Shown here piece after piece: positions 46,041 through 54,624 of a stretch of 61,757 nucleotides of DNA. Positions within the stretch are counted from its first letter, which is position 1, and each line of letters begins with the position of its first letter. The DNA comes from Verrucomicrobiota bacterium (lineage in GTDB: Bacteria; Verrucomicrobiota; Verrucomicrobiia; Opitutales; Opitutaceae), in contig QQNC01000001.1 in the NCBI GenBank assembly GCA_003402695.1, positions 1 through 61,757 of the forward strand. Direction: 5' to 3'. The notes beneath the pieces are model-generated. The model was given only the letters and a program-made list of their open reading frames with translations. It had not been told where the DNA came from and made no database searches. Both the position numbers and the translations under genes were made by a program.

Positions 46041-48773
46041 TCACGCCACCGGATCGGATTCAGCCGGCTCAGCGGCTGCTGGCTCCGTCGCCCCACTCAA
46101 GGGCGCAGACACGGCAGCTGCTGGCGCCGGCACTTCGACCGGCTCCACCGGCACTTCCGCCACGACCTGCGCCGTCAGCTGCACCAGCCCGCGCAACGAG
46201 GTGAAATGCTGGCTCAGGTCAAAGTCGCCGCCCAGGCCGCCGATGAGCTTGTCAAACAGGTCCTTCTTCGACGCCTTCAGCGCCTGGATCCGCTCCTCGA
46301 TGGTGCCGGCCGTGACCATGCGGTAAACGAATACCGTGCTCTTCTGCCCGATGCGGTGCACGCGGTCCACGGCCTGCGCCTCCACGGCCGGGTTCCACCA
46401 GGGGTCGAGCAGGAAGACGTAGTCGGCCGCATGCAGCGTGATGCCTGTGCCGGCCGCCTTCAGCGACACCAGCATCACCGCCGCGCCGGTCGCGCCCTGG
46501 AACGACTGCACGGGCTTCAGCCGGTCGAGCGTCATGCCCGTCAGCTCGTAGCGCGGCAGGTCGGGAAAATTCTTGATCAGCGCTTCACGCACGCGGTCGA
46601 GCAGCATCACGAACTGCGAGAAGATCACGACCTTGTGCCCGCTGCCGACCACCTCGGCGAGTTTCTCGACGAGCAGGTTGATCTTGCCCGAGTCGCTGAG
46701 CGGCGACTTGAGCCAGGGCAGCATGTCGGGGTCGCAGCAGGTCTGGCGCAGGCGCGTGAGCAGGGCGAGGAAGCCGAAGGATTTTTCCCGCATCGCCGTG
46801 CCGACGTCGTCGCCGAGGCGCGCGAGGCCCTCGGTGCAGATGCGCGCATACTCCGCGCGCTGCACGTCGGTCATCGGGCAGAGCAGGTCCATCTCCACCT
46901 TCTGCGGCAGCTCCGTCGCCACCTCGTTCTTGGTGCGACGGAGGATGAACGGCGCCAGCTGGGCGCGCAGGCGCTCCAGGGTGACGACGCGGTCGGCATT
47001 CAGCGCCGACTCGAAGCCCGTGCGCGAGCCGAGCAGGCCCGGCAGGAGAAAGCGGAAGATGCTCCACAGGTCGAGCTGGCGGTTCTCCAGCGGCGTGCCG
47101 GTCAGCACCATCCGGTGCCGCGCCCGCACCGCGAAGCAGGTCTGCGTGATCTTGGCGTCGGGGTTCTTGATGAACTGTCCCTCGTCGAGGATCGCATAGC
47201 CGAACTCCTGCCCGTCGAGCAGGTGGCGGTGCTTGCGCAGCTGCGTGTAGCTCGCGAGCCAGATGCACGGGTCCGGGCGCTGCGTGAAATCGTGGCCGGT
47301 CTTGAGCACGTCCACCGCGAGCTCAGGATAAAATTTCGCGATCTCCTCGCGCCAGACCGGGACCACGCTCGCGGGGCAGACGATCAGCGTGGGTTTGTCC
47401 GCCACGCGGCGCGTAGCCAGCATCGTCAGCACTTGCAGCGTCTTGCCCAGGCCCATCTCGTCCGCCAGCAGGCCGTGGCAGCCGACGTCGCACAGGTGCG
47501 CCATCCATTCCACGCCGCGGCGCTGGTACGGCCGCAGGATTTCCGGCAGCGACGGCGGTTCCGGCGGCGGCGCGAGCACCTGCTGGCGCCAGGCCTCAAT
47601 CTCGGGCGCGAGCGTGAGCTTCAGCCGCGCATCGTTGAACAGGGAGAAAATCAGGTAGGGCGAAAGCGTGCCGTCGGCGTGCGTCTCCGCGATGTTGTGC
47701 CGCCACGCGCTGAACGACTCCCACTTTTCGCCCTGCAGCGCCACGATGCCCAGGTTCGGCAGGATCACCGGTGAGCCGCCGCGCTTGAGGAGCGTGTTGA
47801 CCTCGGAGTCCGTGAGCATCCGCTCGCCCGCGCGGAAAATCCAGCGGAGGTTCAGACCCGCGCCGTCATTCGCGCCGCCGGCCCCCGCCCGGCGCTCCGC
47901 CACGGCCTCAATCTCGATGATGCGCGTGCCCTTGAGCAGGTTCGCCGCGCGCTCGTCGAGCTCCACCGTGAACATCCGGCGCCAGGCCGGCAGCGTGGTC
48001 TTGAGGAAATTCGGGATCTCCACCAGCGACTCGAGCACGTACAGGCCCGTGTCCTGATGATAATGAAAGTGCGCCTTGCGCGCGTAGGCCGCGAGGCCGA
48101 TGAGCTTCGCCCGCTCGCCGGAGGTGACATGGCCGTTGCCGTTCACATGCGCGACATTGCCCAGCGCCGGGTTCCGGGTCTCGCCGTCGGCTTCGGACCA
48201 GTACGCTTGAAAGGTCAGCCCGGCCGTCTTCGTTTTGAAGACCAGCAGCAGGGGCCGTGAAACGCCGGGGGCGGCCACCGGGGGCGCGGAGCCGGCGGAG
48301 GCGGCCATCCCGGCCGGCTTGACCGGCGCCGCCGGGGGATGCGCGTGGGAGTGGCCGTGCCCGTTGAAGCCATGGCTGTGGCCGTTGGACGCGGCCGGGG
48401 CCGCCAGGCGCGGGGAGTGCGCAGGCTCGCCCGGCAGGGGCGAGATCTCGTCAGCCACCAGCTCCTCGATCTCATGTAAACCCGCGACCGCCAACGCGTG
48501 CGCGATGTCGAGATCCGTCGTCGAGGAGCGTACCGCCAGACCGCCCTCCTCCCATTCAATCACGACATACTCGTCCTTTTTCTCCACCCGGCGGTGGATG
48601 ATGGCGTCCTTGGCCGTCAGTTCCAACTCGCGGACCTCGCCATCGCGATAGATGCGCCGGCCTTCTTCGAGCTGTGAATCGCTAAACGCGGCAGACCAGT
48701 CATTTTCAAGCCGGTCGAACCAGGACTCGAGGGAATGAGGAGTGTAAACGCGCTTCGGTCCGTGCGATTGCAT
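46041..48773 (-). CDS. SNF2-family helicase/ATPase with N-terminal SWIM-like and SNF2-associated region
   Basis: 910 aa. LLADEMGLGKTLQ (motif I), DEGQFIKN (II), helicase-C motifs (FSQF..., LKAGGTGITL, WWNPAVEAQAVDRVHRIGQ). There is a His-rich tract, NGHSHGFNGHGHSHAHP. Confidence 0.88.
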   Translation of the reverse strand: MQSHGPKRVYTPHSLESWFDRLENDWSAAFSDSQLEEGRRIYRDGEVRELELTAKDAIIHRRVEKKDEYVVIEWEEGGLAVRSSTTDLDIAHALAVAGLHEIEELVADEISPLPGEPAHSPRLAAPAASNGHSHGFNGHGHSHAHPPAAPVKPAGMAASAGSAPPVAAPGVSRPLLLVFKTKTAGLTFQAYWSEADGETRNPALGNVAHVNGNGHVTSGERAKLIGLAAYARKAHFHYHQDTGLYVLESLVEIPNFLKTTLPAWRRMFTVELDERAANLLKGTRIIEIEAVAERRAGAGGANDGAGLNLRWIFRAGERMLTDSEVNTLLKRGGSPVILPNLGIVALQGEKWESFSAWRHNIAETHADGTLSPYLIFSLFNDARLKLTLAPEIEAWRQQVLAPPPEPPSLPEILRPYQRRGVEWMAHLCDVGCHGLLADEMGLGKTLQVLTMLATRRVADKPTLIVCPASVVPVWREEIAKFYPELAVDVLKTGHDFTQRPDPCIWLASYTQLRKHRHLLDGQEFGYAILDEGQFIKNPDAKITQTCFAVRARHRMVLTGTPLENRQLDLWSIFRFLLPGLLGSRTGFESALNADRVVTLERLRAQLAPFILRRTKNEVATELPQKVEMDLLCPMTDVQRAEYARICTEGLARLGDDVGTAMREKSFGFLALLTRLRQTCCDPDMLPWLKSPLSDSGKINLLVEKLAEVVGSGHKVVIFSQFVMLLDRVREALIKNFPDLPRYELTGMTLDRLKPVQSFQGATGAAVMLVSLKAAGTGITLHAADYVFLLDPWWNPAVEAQAVDRVHRIGQKSTVFVYRMVTAGTIEERIQALKASKKDLFDKLIGGLGGDFDLSQHFTSLRGLVQLTAQVVAEVPVEPVEVPAPAAAVSAPLSGATEPAAAEPAESDPVA

Positions 48774-48915
48774 CCGCTAAAAGATTGGACCGTAGGTTCC
48801 AACCAAGTGCCCGCAATCAAAATCTTACATTTCTGGCCCGCGATTTTTTCACGAAATTTACGGCCGCTTACACCGGACCGGCAACTCCCACGCCCGCAGT
48901 TGAATTCCCTGAATC

Positions 48916-48955
48916 GTAACGTGGACGTCACGCGTCCGGCACACACTTCGGTCAC
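48916..48955 (+). promoter_or_regulatory. Candidate Pho-box-like phased repeats upstream of glycolipid operon
   Basis: cGTAACgtggacGTCACgcgtccGGCACacacttcgGTCAC: cores start at 48916, 48927, 48938 and 48951 (spacing 11, 11, 13). The last ends 38 nt before GTG start 48993. Orientation and geometry match the site at 43285-43324. Confidence 0.3.
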
Positions 48956-48992
48956 TTTATGGGTATTCCCTGCCACCTAATTTACGCCTGAT

Positions 48993-50135
48993 GTGAAGCT
49001 AACCATTGTCACCGAAACCTTCCCGCCCGAAATCAACGGCGTGGCCATGACCTTTGGCCACATCGCGCGGGAACTCGGACGGCGTGGTCACCAGGTGACG
49101 GTGTGCCATCCGCGGCGGGACGATCTCTCCATCGGGGCCGCGCAGGGCGGGTTCCACACGGTGTCCCTGCCCGGCCTGCCCATTCCGGGTTATCCCTTGC
49201 TCCGTTTCGGTCTGCCGGCCGGCGGCACCCTCCGCCGGCGCTGGCGCGCCGATCGCCCCGATCTCGTTCACGTCGTGACCGAGGGCCCCTTGGGCTCCTC
49301 CGCCGTCAGCGCGGCCCGGACGCTCGGCCTGCCCGTGACGTCGAGTTTCCACACTAATTTTCACACCTACACGAAACACTACGGCTTCGCCCCGCTCCAG
49401 CACGCCGCCCTCGGCTGGCTGCGACGCGTGCACAACCGCACCCTCCGCACGTTCGCGCCGACCGCGGAACTCTGCGCGGAGTTGACGGCGCTTGGGTTCA
49501 CCGGGCTCGGACTGCTGTCACGCGGCGTCGATATCGAACAGTTCACCCCCCTGAAGCGCTCGCCCGCCCTGCGCACCGCGTGGGGCGCCGCCACCGCCGA
49601 CCCGGTCGTTCTGCACGCCGGCCGCATGGCCGCTGAAAAAAATTACCCGCTCCTCTTCCGCACCTTCGCCGCCATGCGCGCCGCGAATCCCCGCTGCCGC
49701 TTTGTCATGGTGGGCGACGGCCCCCTGCGGTCCAAACTTTCCCGCGCGCACCCGGACTGCCTTTTCACCGGCTTCATCCCCCGCGAGGAACTCGCCCGGC
49801 ATTACGCCTCGGCCGACATCTACGTCCACGCGAGCCTCACCGAGACCTTTGGCAACGTTCTCACCGAAGCGATGGCGAGCGGAGTCGCCGTCGCGGGCTT
49901 CAACTACGCCGCCGCCCGCCAGTTTGTCCGCGACGGCGAAAACGGCCTGGTCGTGCCCAGTGACCAGCCCGCCGCGCTGATCGCCGCCGCCGTCCGCCTC
50001 GCCACCGACACCGACCTGCGCACCCGGCTCGCCGGCGCCGCCCGCGTCACCATCGAGCCCCAATCCTGGGCTAATGTCATTGCGCGCTTCGAAGCCGACC
50101 TGCTCGGCATCGTCGCCGCCCACCGCCTCTCATGA
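48993..50135 (+). CDS. Glycosyltransferase family 4 (GT-B, DAG-glycosyltransferase/SqdX-Agt-like)
   Basis: GTG start at 48993. 380 aa with N-terminal IVTETFPPEINGVAMTF and a C-terminal E-x7-E-type motif (SLTETFGNVLTEAMASG). Confidence 0.85.
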   Translation: MKLTIVTETFPPEINGVAMTFGHIARELGRRGHQVTVCHPRRDDLSIGAAQGGFHTVSLPGLPIPGYPLLRFGLPAGGTLRRRWRADRPDLVHVVTEGPLGSSAVSAARTLGLPVTSSFHTNFHTYTKHYGFAPLQHAALGWLRRVHNRTLRTFAPTAELCAELTALGFTGLGLLSRGVDIEQFTPLKRSPALRTAWGAATADPVVLHAGRMAAEKNYPLLFRTFAAMRAANPRCRFVMVGDGPLRSKLSRAHPDCLFTGFIPREELARHYASADIYVHASLTETFGNVLTEAMASGVAVAGFNYAAARQFVRDGENGLVVPSDQPAALIAAAVRLATDTDLRTRLAGAARVTIEPQSWANVIARFEADLLGIVAAHRLS

Positions 50136-51262
50136 GCAAAATTCTCATTCTCACCGCCAGCTTCGGCGAGGGCCACAATGCCGCCGCCCGCGCCCTCGCC
50201 GCCGCGATTGACCGCGAGGCCGGCCCCGGTACCGCCGTCACCGAGGACATCTTCGCCCTCGCCGCCCCGCGCTACAACGAGCTCGTCCGCCGCAGCTACC
50301 TCTCCCTCATCAACCGCGCGCCCAAGCTTTGGATCCGGTTCTACCGCTGGAGCGACCGCTCGTCGCTGGTGGCAAACACCCCGGCGCTGTTCTTCCGCGA
50401 ACTTCGCGTGCTCCGGCAGATTCTCGCCCGCGAAAAACCCGACGCCGTCTGCTGCACGTTTCCTGTCGCCACGCTCCTGCTCGAGCACCTCGCCCGCACC
50501 GGCGGGCCCAGGCTGCCGCGCTACAACATCGTCACCGACTCCATCAGCATCCACTCGCTCTGGTGCCGCGGCGCATGCGACGGCTGGTTTGTGCCCAACG
50601 AGGACTCCGCCGCCGTCGTCCTGCGCGCCGGCCTCAACCCGGCCCTCGTCCACGTCTCCGGTTTTCCCGTCCCCGCCATTTTCTCCGAGCAGGCCGGCGT
50701 GCTCACGCCACCCGACCTCAACTCCGGTGCCGCCCCGCGCGTACTGCACATCATCAACTCCGGCACCCGCCACGCCGCCGAGACCGCGCGCCGGCTCCTC
50801 GCCGAGCAGGATTGGGAAGTCACCTGCGCCGTCGGCCGCAATGAAAGCCTCCTCCGCCAACTCACCGCCCTCGCGGCCGGCCGACGACGCCCCGCCACTA
50901 TCCTCGGTTGGACGAAGGAAGTACCACAGCTGCTGATGACGCATCACGTCGTCGTCAGCAAAGCCGGCGGCGCAACCACCCAGGAGGCCATCAACGCGCT
51001 CTGCCCCATGGTTGTGAGCCAGGTCGTGCCCGGCCAGGAGGAGGGCAACTACGAGCTCCTCCGCCGCCACGGCGCCGGGATGCTGGCCGAGTCACCCGAT
51101 GCCGTCATCGCCGCCCTGAAGCTCGCCTTTGCCGACCGCGGCCGCGTCCTCGGCGAATGGCGGGCCGCGCTTTCCCCCCTCGCCCATCCCACGGCCGCCC
51201 GCGACATCGCGCAGCACGTGCTCGCCGCCGGCGAACCGGTCACCGCCGCAGCCCGCCCATGA
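50132..51262 (+). CDS. UgtP/MGDG-synthase-like diacylglycerol glycosyltransferase (GT28)
   Basis: 376 aa, collinear with B. subtilis UgtP as I recall it: ILILTASFGEGHNAAARAL, YNIVTDSISIHSLW, VVSKAGGATTQEAI, PGQEEGNYELL. ATGA overlap with the upstream stop. Confidence 0.8.
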   Translation: MSKILILTASFGEGHNAAARALAAAIDREAGPGTAVTEDIFALAAPRYNELVRRSYLSLINRAPKLWIRFYRWSDRSSLVANTPALFFRELRVLRQILAREKPDAVCCTFPVATLLLEHLARTGGPRLPRYNIVTDSISIHSLWCRGACDGWFVPNEDSAAVVLRAGLNPALVHVSGFPVPAIFSEQAGVLTPPDLNSGAAPRVLHIINSGTRHAAETARRLLAEQDWEVTCAVGRNESLLRQLTALAAGRRRPATILGWTKEVPQLLMTHHVVVSKAGGATTQEAINALCPMVVSQVVPGQEEGNYELLRRHGAGMLAESPDAVIAALKLAFADRGRVLGEWRAALSPLAHPTAARDIAQHVLAAGEPVTAAARP

Positions 51263-52200
51263 AACTCTGTTTCATCCTCAACCCCCGCTCCGGCCGCAAT
51301 GCCCGCCGGCCGTGGCTCACGGGCCACATCCGCGAGTTCATCGCCGCACGCGGCCTCGACGCCACGCTCGTCACGACCACGGGTCCGCAGCACGCCACCG
51401 CGCTGGCGTCGGCCGCCCTCGCCGCTGGTTGCACCCGCGTCATCGCCGTCGGCGGCGATGGCACGATGAACGAAATCGCCCAGGCCCTGCTCTACTCGCC
51501 GGCCGCCCTCGGTCTCGTGCCCTGCGGCTCGGGCAACGGCCTGGCTTTGCACCTCGGCATTCCCACCCAGCTCAACGAGGCGCTCGCCCTCGCCGCCGAT
51601 CCGGCCGCGCGCATCGCCGCGATCGACACCGGGGCCGCCAACGGCCGGCCGTTTTTCAACGCCATGGGCTGCGGCTTCGACGCCGAGATCAGCCGCCGCT
51701 TCAACCGCCTCACCCGCCGCGGCCTCGCGGCGTACGCCCGCATCGGCCTCTCCGCCTTCCGCTCGCGCCGCTCCGAATGGGTCGTGATCCACGGCGCCGG
51801 CCAGACCAAGGCGCTGCTCACCCTGCTCGTGGCCGTCGCCAACTCCGACCAGTATGGCAACCACGCCTGCATCGCCCCCGGCGCCCGCGTGGACGACGGC
51901 CAGCTCGACCTTGTCGCCGTGCGACCCGTCGGCTTCGCCAGCGCGGTCCCGCTCATCGCCCGGCTGTTCCTCGGCAAATTCTCCTCCAGCCCGGGGGTGT
52001 TCCGGCTCCGCAGCGCGCGTTTTCTGATCGTGCGATCCGGCCCCGGCCTCCTCCACACCGATGGCGAAACCCACGAGACCGGCGCCCTCGTCGAGGTCAA
52101 GGTCCACCCCCGCAGCCTCCGCCTCATCGTGCCCGTGCACAGCCGCGTCTCCAACGCGGACCCCGTCCCCGCCCCGGATTTCGCCCTCCCCTTCCCATGA
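51259..52200 (+). CDS. Diacylglycerol-kinase-family lipid kinase (YegS/LCB5-like)
   Basis: Start ATG 51259 (ATGA overlap). MKLCFILNPRSGRN, VIAVGGDGTMNE, LGLVPCGSGNGLA, DGETH. Confidence 0.85.
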   Translation: MKLCFILNPRSGRNARRPWLTGHIREFIAARGLDATLVTTTGPQHATALASAALAAGCTRVIAVGGDGTMNEIAQALLYSPAALGLVPCGSGNGLALHLGIPTQLNEALALAADPAARIAAIDTGAANGRPFFNAMGCGFDAEISRRFNRLTRRGLAAYARIGLSAFRSRRSEWVVIHGAGQTKALLTLLVAVANSDQYGNHACIAPGARVDDGQLDLVAVRPVGFASAVPLIARLFLGKFSSSPGVFRLRSARFLIVRSGPGLLHTDGETHETGALVEVKVHPRSLRLIVPVHSRVSNADPVPAPDFALPFP

Positions 52201-53021
52201 AGTCTACCCTCCGCGTCCGCACCGTCATCCTCTCCGATGTGCACCTTGGCACGTCCGACTGCAAAATCCGCGAGGTAAACCATTTCCTCCGCCACGTCCG
52301 CTGCGACAAGCTCATCCTCAACGGCGACATCATCGACGGCTGGCAGCTCCGCCGCGGCGGCCAGTGGACCAAGGCCCATACGCGCTTCATCCGCATCGTC
52401 CTCAAAAAAATGGAGAAGCGTGACACCGAGGTCATCTACCTCCGCGGCAACCACGACGACATCCTCGCGACGTTCCTGCCGCTCGATTTCGAGAATCTCC
52501 GCATCGTCGAGGACTACATCCACGAGGGCCCGGCCGGCCGCTACCTCGTGCTGCATGGCGACGTATTCGACACGGTCACCAAGAACTTCGTCTTCCTCGC
52601 CCACCTCGGCGACTGGGGCTACAGCCTGCTGCTGAAAATCAACCGCGCCTACAGCGCGTGGCGCGCCTGGCGCGGGAAGGAATACTGGTCGCTCAGCAAG
52701 GCGATCAAGGCCCGCGTCAAGGAAGCCGTCAGCCATATCTCAAACTTCGAGGATCACATCGTTCAACTCGCCCGCGAGCGGGGCTGCACCGGGGTCATGT
52801 GCGGCCACATCCACACCGCCGCAGACAAGATGATGGGCGGCATCCACTACCTCAATTCCGGCGACTGGGTCGAATCCCTCACCGCCATTGTCGAGCATCA
52901 CGACGGCCGCTACGAACTTGTGGACTTCACGAAATTCCGCCGCGAATTTCCCCTGGACGAACCGGTCGAACTGGAAACCGGCGAGGAAACTCACGTCGAG
53001 GCGTCCGAGCTCGAGGTGTAA
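52197..53021 (+). CDS. LpxH/PlcP-type metallophosphoesterase (UDP-2,3-diacylglucosamine diphosphatase or phospholipase C for lipid remodelling)
   Basis: Start ATG 52197 (ATGA overlap). ILSDVHLGT, LNGDIIDGW, LRGNHDD, LHGDVFD, CGHIH, NSGDWVES. This fold is shared by LpxH and by the PlcP lipid-remodelling phospholipases. Confidence 0.8.
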   Translation: MKSTLRVRTVILSDVHLGTSDCKIREVNHFLRHVRCDKLILNGDIIDGWQLRRGGQWTKAHTRFIRIVLKKMEKRDTEVIYLRGNHDDILATFLPLDFENLRIVEDYIHEGPAGRYLVLHGDVFDTVTKNFVFLAHLGDWGYSLLLKINRAYSAWRAWRGKEYWSLSKAIKARVKEAVSHISNFEDHIVQLARERGCTGVMCGHIHTAADKMMGGIHYLNSGDWVESLTAIVEHHDGRYELVDFTKFRREFPLDEPVELETGEETHVEASELEV

Positions 53022-53031
53022 AGTGGTTTCA

Positions 53032-53121
53032 AACCGCGAATAGACGCCGCTAGCCGCGAATTCAGATCGGATCACTTCCCGCGCTTTCCGGAGTGGCGTC
53101 CGTTCGCGTCCATTTGCGGTT
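53032..53121. repeat. REP-like palindrome, family F (cgcgaat-rich arms), copy 1
   Basis: Arms aaccgcgaatagacgc / gcgtccatttgcggtt. The internal cgcgaattcagatcggatcacttcc matches 60911-60936. It overlaps the waaA stop codon (53120-53122). Confidence 0.7.
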
Positions 53122-54412
53122 AAACACGCCCGAGCTTTCCCAGTTCCTCGCGGATCACCGCCAGCGTCCGCTCCACCGCGCCCTTGTTCTCGCGGTGCCA
53201 CTGCCCGGCCGCCGCCGCAATTTCCGCGCGCCGCGCCGCAGCGGGCAGCAGCGCGGTGGCCGTCGCCGCCAGGGCCGCCGCGTCCGCCACCTCGATCGCC
53301 GCGTGCCGCTCCAGGAGATCGTGCGCGATCACCCGGAAATTTCCCATGCCGGGGCCCAGCAGGATCGGTTTTTCCAATGCGGCCGCCTCGACCGGGGTCT
53401 GCCCTTCCGTGTGCGGCGGCAGACTCTTGCCGACAAACACCAGGTCCGCCAGCTGCAGCAGGGCGCGCATCTCGCCGGTCGTGTCGGCCACGGCCACATC
53501 CACCTCGCCCGGCGCGGCGCCGCTCGTGCGGAAATGGTAGCGCAACCCGGACCCCGCCAGCAGGGTTTCGATTTCCGGCCGGCGCTCGGCATGGCGCGGG
53601 ACAATGAGGAGTGCGCTCGCCGTGCCGCTGGACCGGAGTGACCGCAGCGCGTCGAGCAGCGCCGCCTCCTCCCCCGGCCACGTGGACGAACCCATCAGCA
53701 CGAGTCCCGCCGGCAGCCCGAGTTCGCGGCGCAAACCGCTTTTTCCACCGGCGCTGAGCAACGGGATGTCCACGTCGAGCTTGATGTTGCCCGTCGTCTG
53801 CAGGCGTTCGCGCGGAAAGCCGAGGGCCACAAACCGTTCCTCGTCCTGCGTCGAGCACGGGAGCAATCGCGTGATCCCGTCCAGGGTGATCCGCGCCGCC
53901 GGGGGATATAGCATCAACCGGCGGTAACTGCGGTCCGACACCCGCGCATTAATGCTCAGCACCGGCACCCCGCGCGCCGCCGCCTGGTGGATGTGCTCCG
54001 GCCAGCGTTCACCTTCCGTCAGGATCACCAGATCGGGCGCGATCCGCTGCCAGGCGCGCCGCGAGAACAGCCACCAGTCGAGCGGGAAGTAACCGATGCC
54101 GACGGTGAATTTTTTATAGCGCTCCTGCGCCAGTTTGAAGCCGGTGCTCGTCGTGGTGGTCAGGTAGATCTCCACCTTCCCGTCCGCCGTCAGCCCCTCC
54201 AGCATTGGCGCGATCGCCAGCATCTCGCCGACGCTCACCGCCTGCAGCCAGATCCGCCGGACCCCCGCGCGCTTCGCCGGCAGGCCGGAATGCGCGCCAA
54301 ACCGGTGGGGAAAATGCCCGCCGTAGCCGCCGCGCCGCCGCATGCGCCGCAGATAGGCCGGGGACGAGACCAGAAGCACCGGAAGAAAGAGGAAGCGATA
54401 AAGCCAGAGCAT
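53120..54412 (-). CDS. waaA: 3-deoxy-D-manno-octulosonic acid (Kdo) transferase
   Basis: 430 aa. N-terminal anchor MLWLYRFLFLPVLL, IWLQAVSVGE, and a GT30 C-terminal domain (VGKSL...GQTPVEAAALEKPILLGP). Confidence 0.88.
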   Translation of the reverse strand: MLWLYRFLFLPVLLVSSPAYLRRMRRRGGYGGHFPHRFGAHSGLPAKRAGVRRIWLQAVSVGEMLAIAPMLEGLTADGKVEIYLTTTTSTGFKLAQERYKKFTVGIGYFPLDWWLFSRRAWQRIAPDLVILTEGERWPEHIHQAAARGVPVLSINARVSDRSYRRLMLYPPAARITLDGITRLLPCSTQDEERFVALGFPRERLQTTGNIKLDVDIPLLSAGGKSGLRRELGLPAGLVLMGSSTWPGEEAALLDALRSLRSSGTASALLIVPRHAERRPEIETLLAGSGLRYHFRTSGAAPGEVDVAVADTTGEMRALLQLADLVFVGKSLPPHTEGQTPVEAAALEKPILLGPGMGNFRVIAHDLLERHAAIEVADAAALAATATALLPAAARRAEIAAAAGQWHRENKGAVERTLAVIREELGKLGRV

Positions 54413-54624
54413 CGAAAAGGGGATCAGGATGATCCCGGCCAGTTCAAATCGCCCCCGGCGATTTGCCGAGACATTTGTGTCGCCCGTGCGGGGCGGATTT
54501 TCTCGCCCGGTTCACCTCCCGCGCGCCAGCATCTTTGTCAGTGAACAATCGTGCCCCCGACGCAGCAGCGGCACCGCCAGTGCGGGACGACGGGGGATGG
54601 CGGTCTGTGCGGTGACGATCCCGG

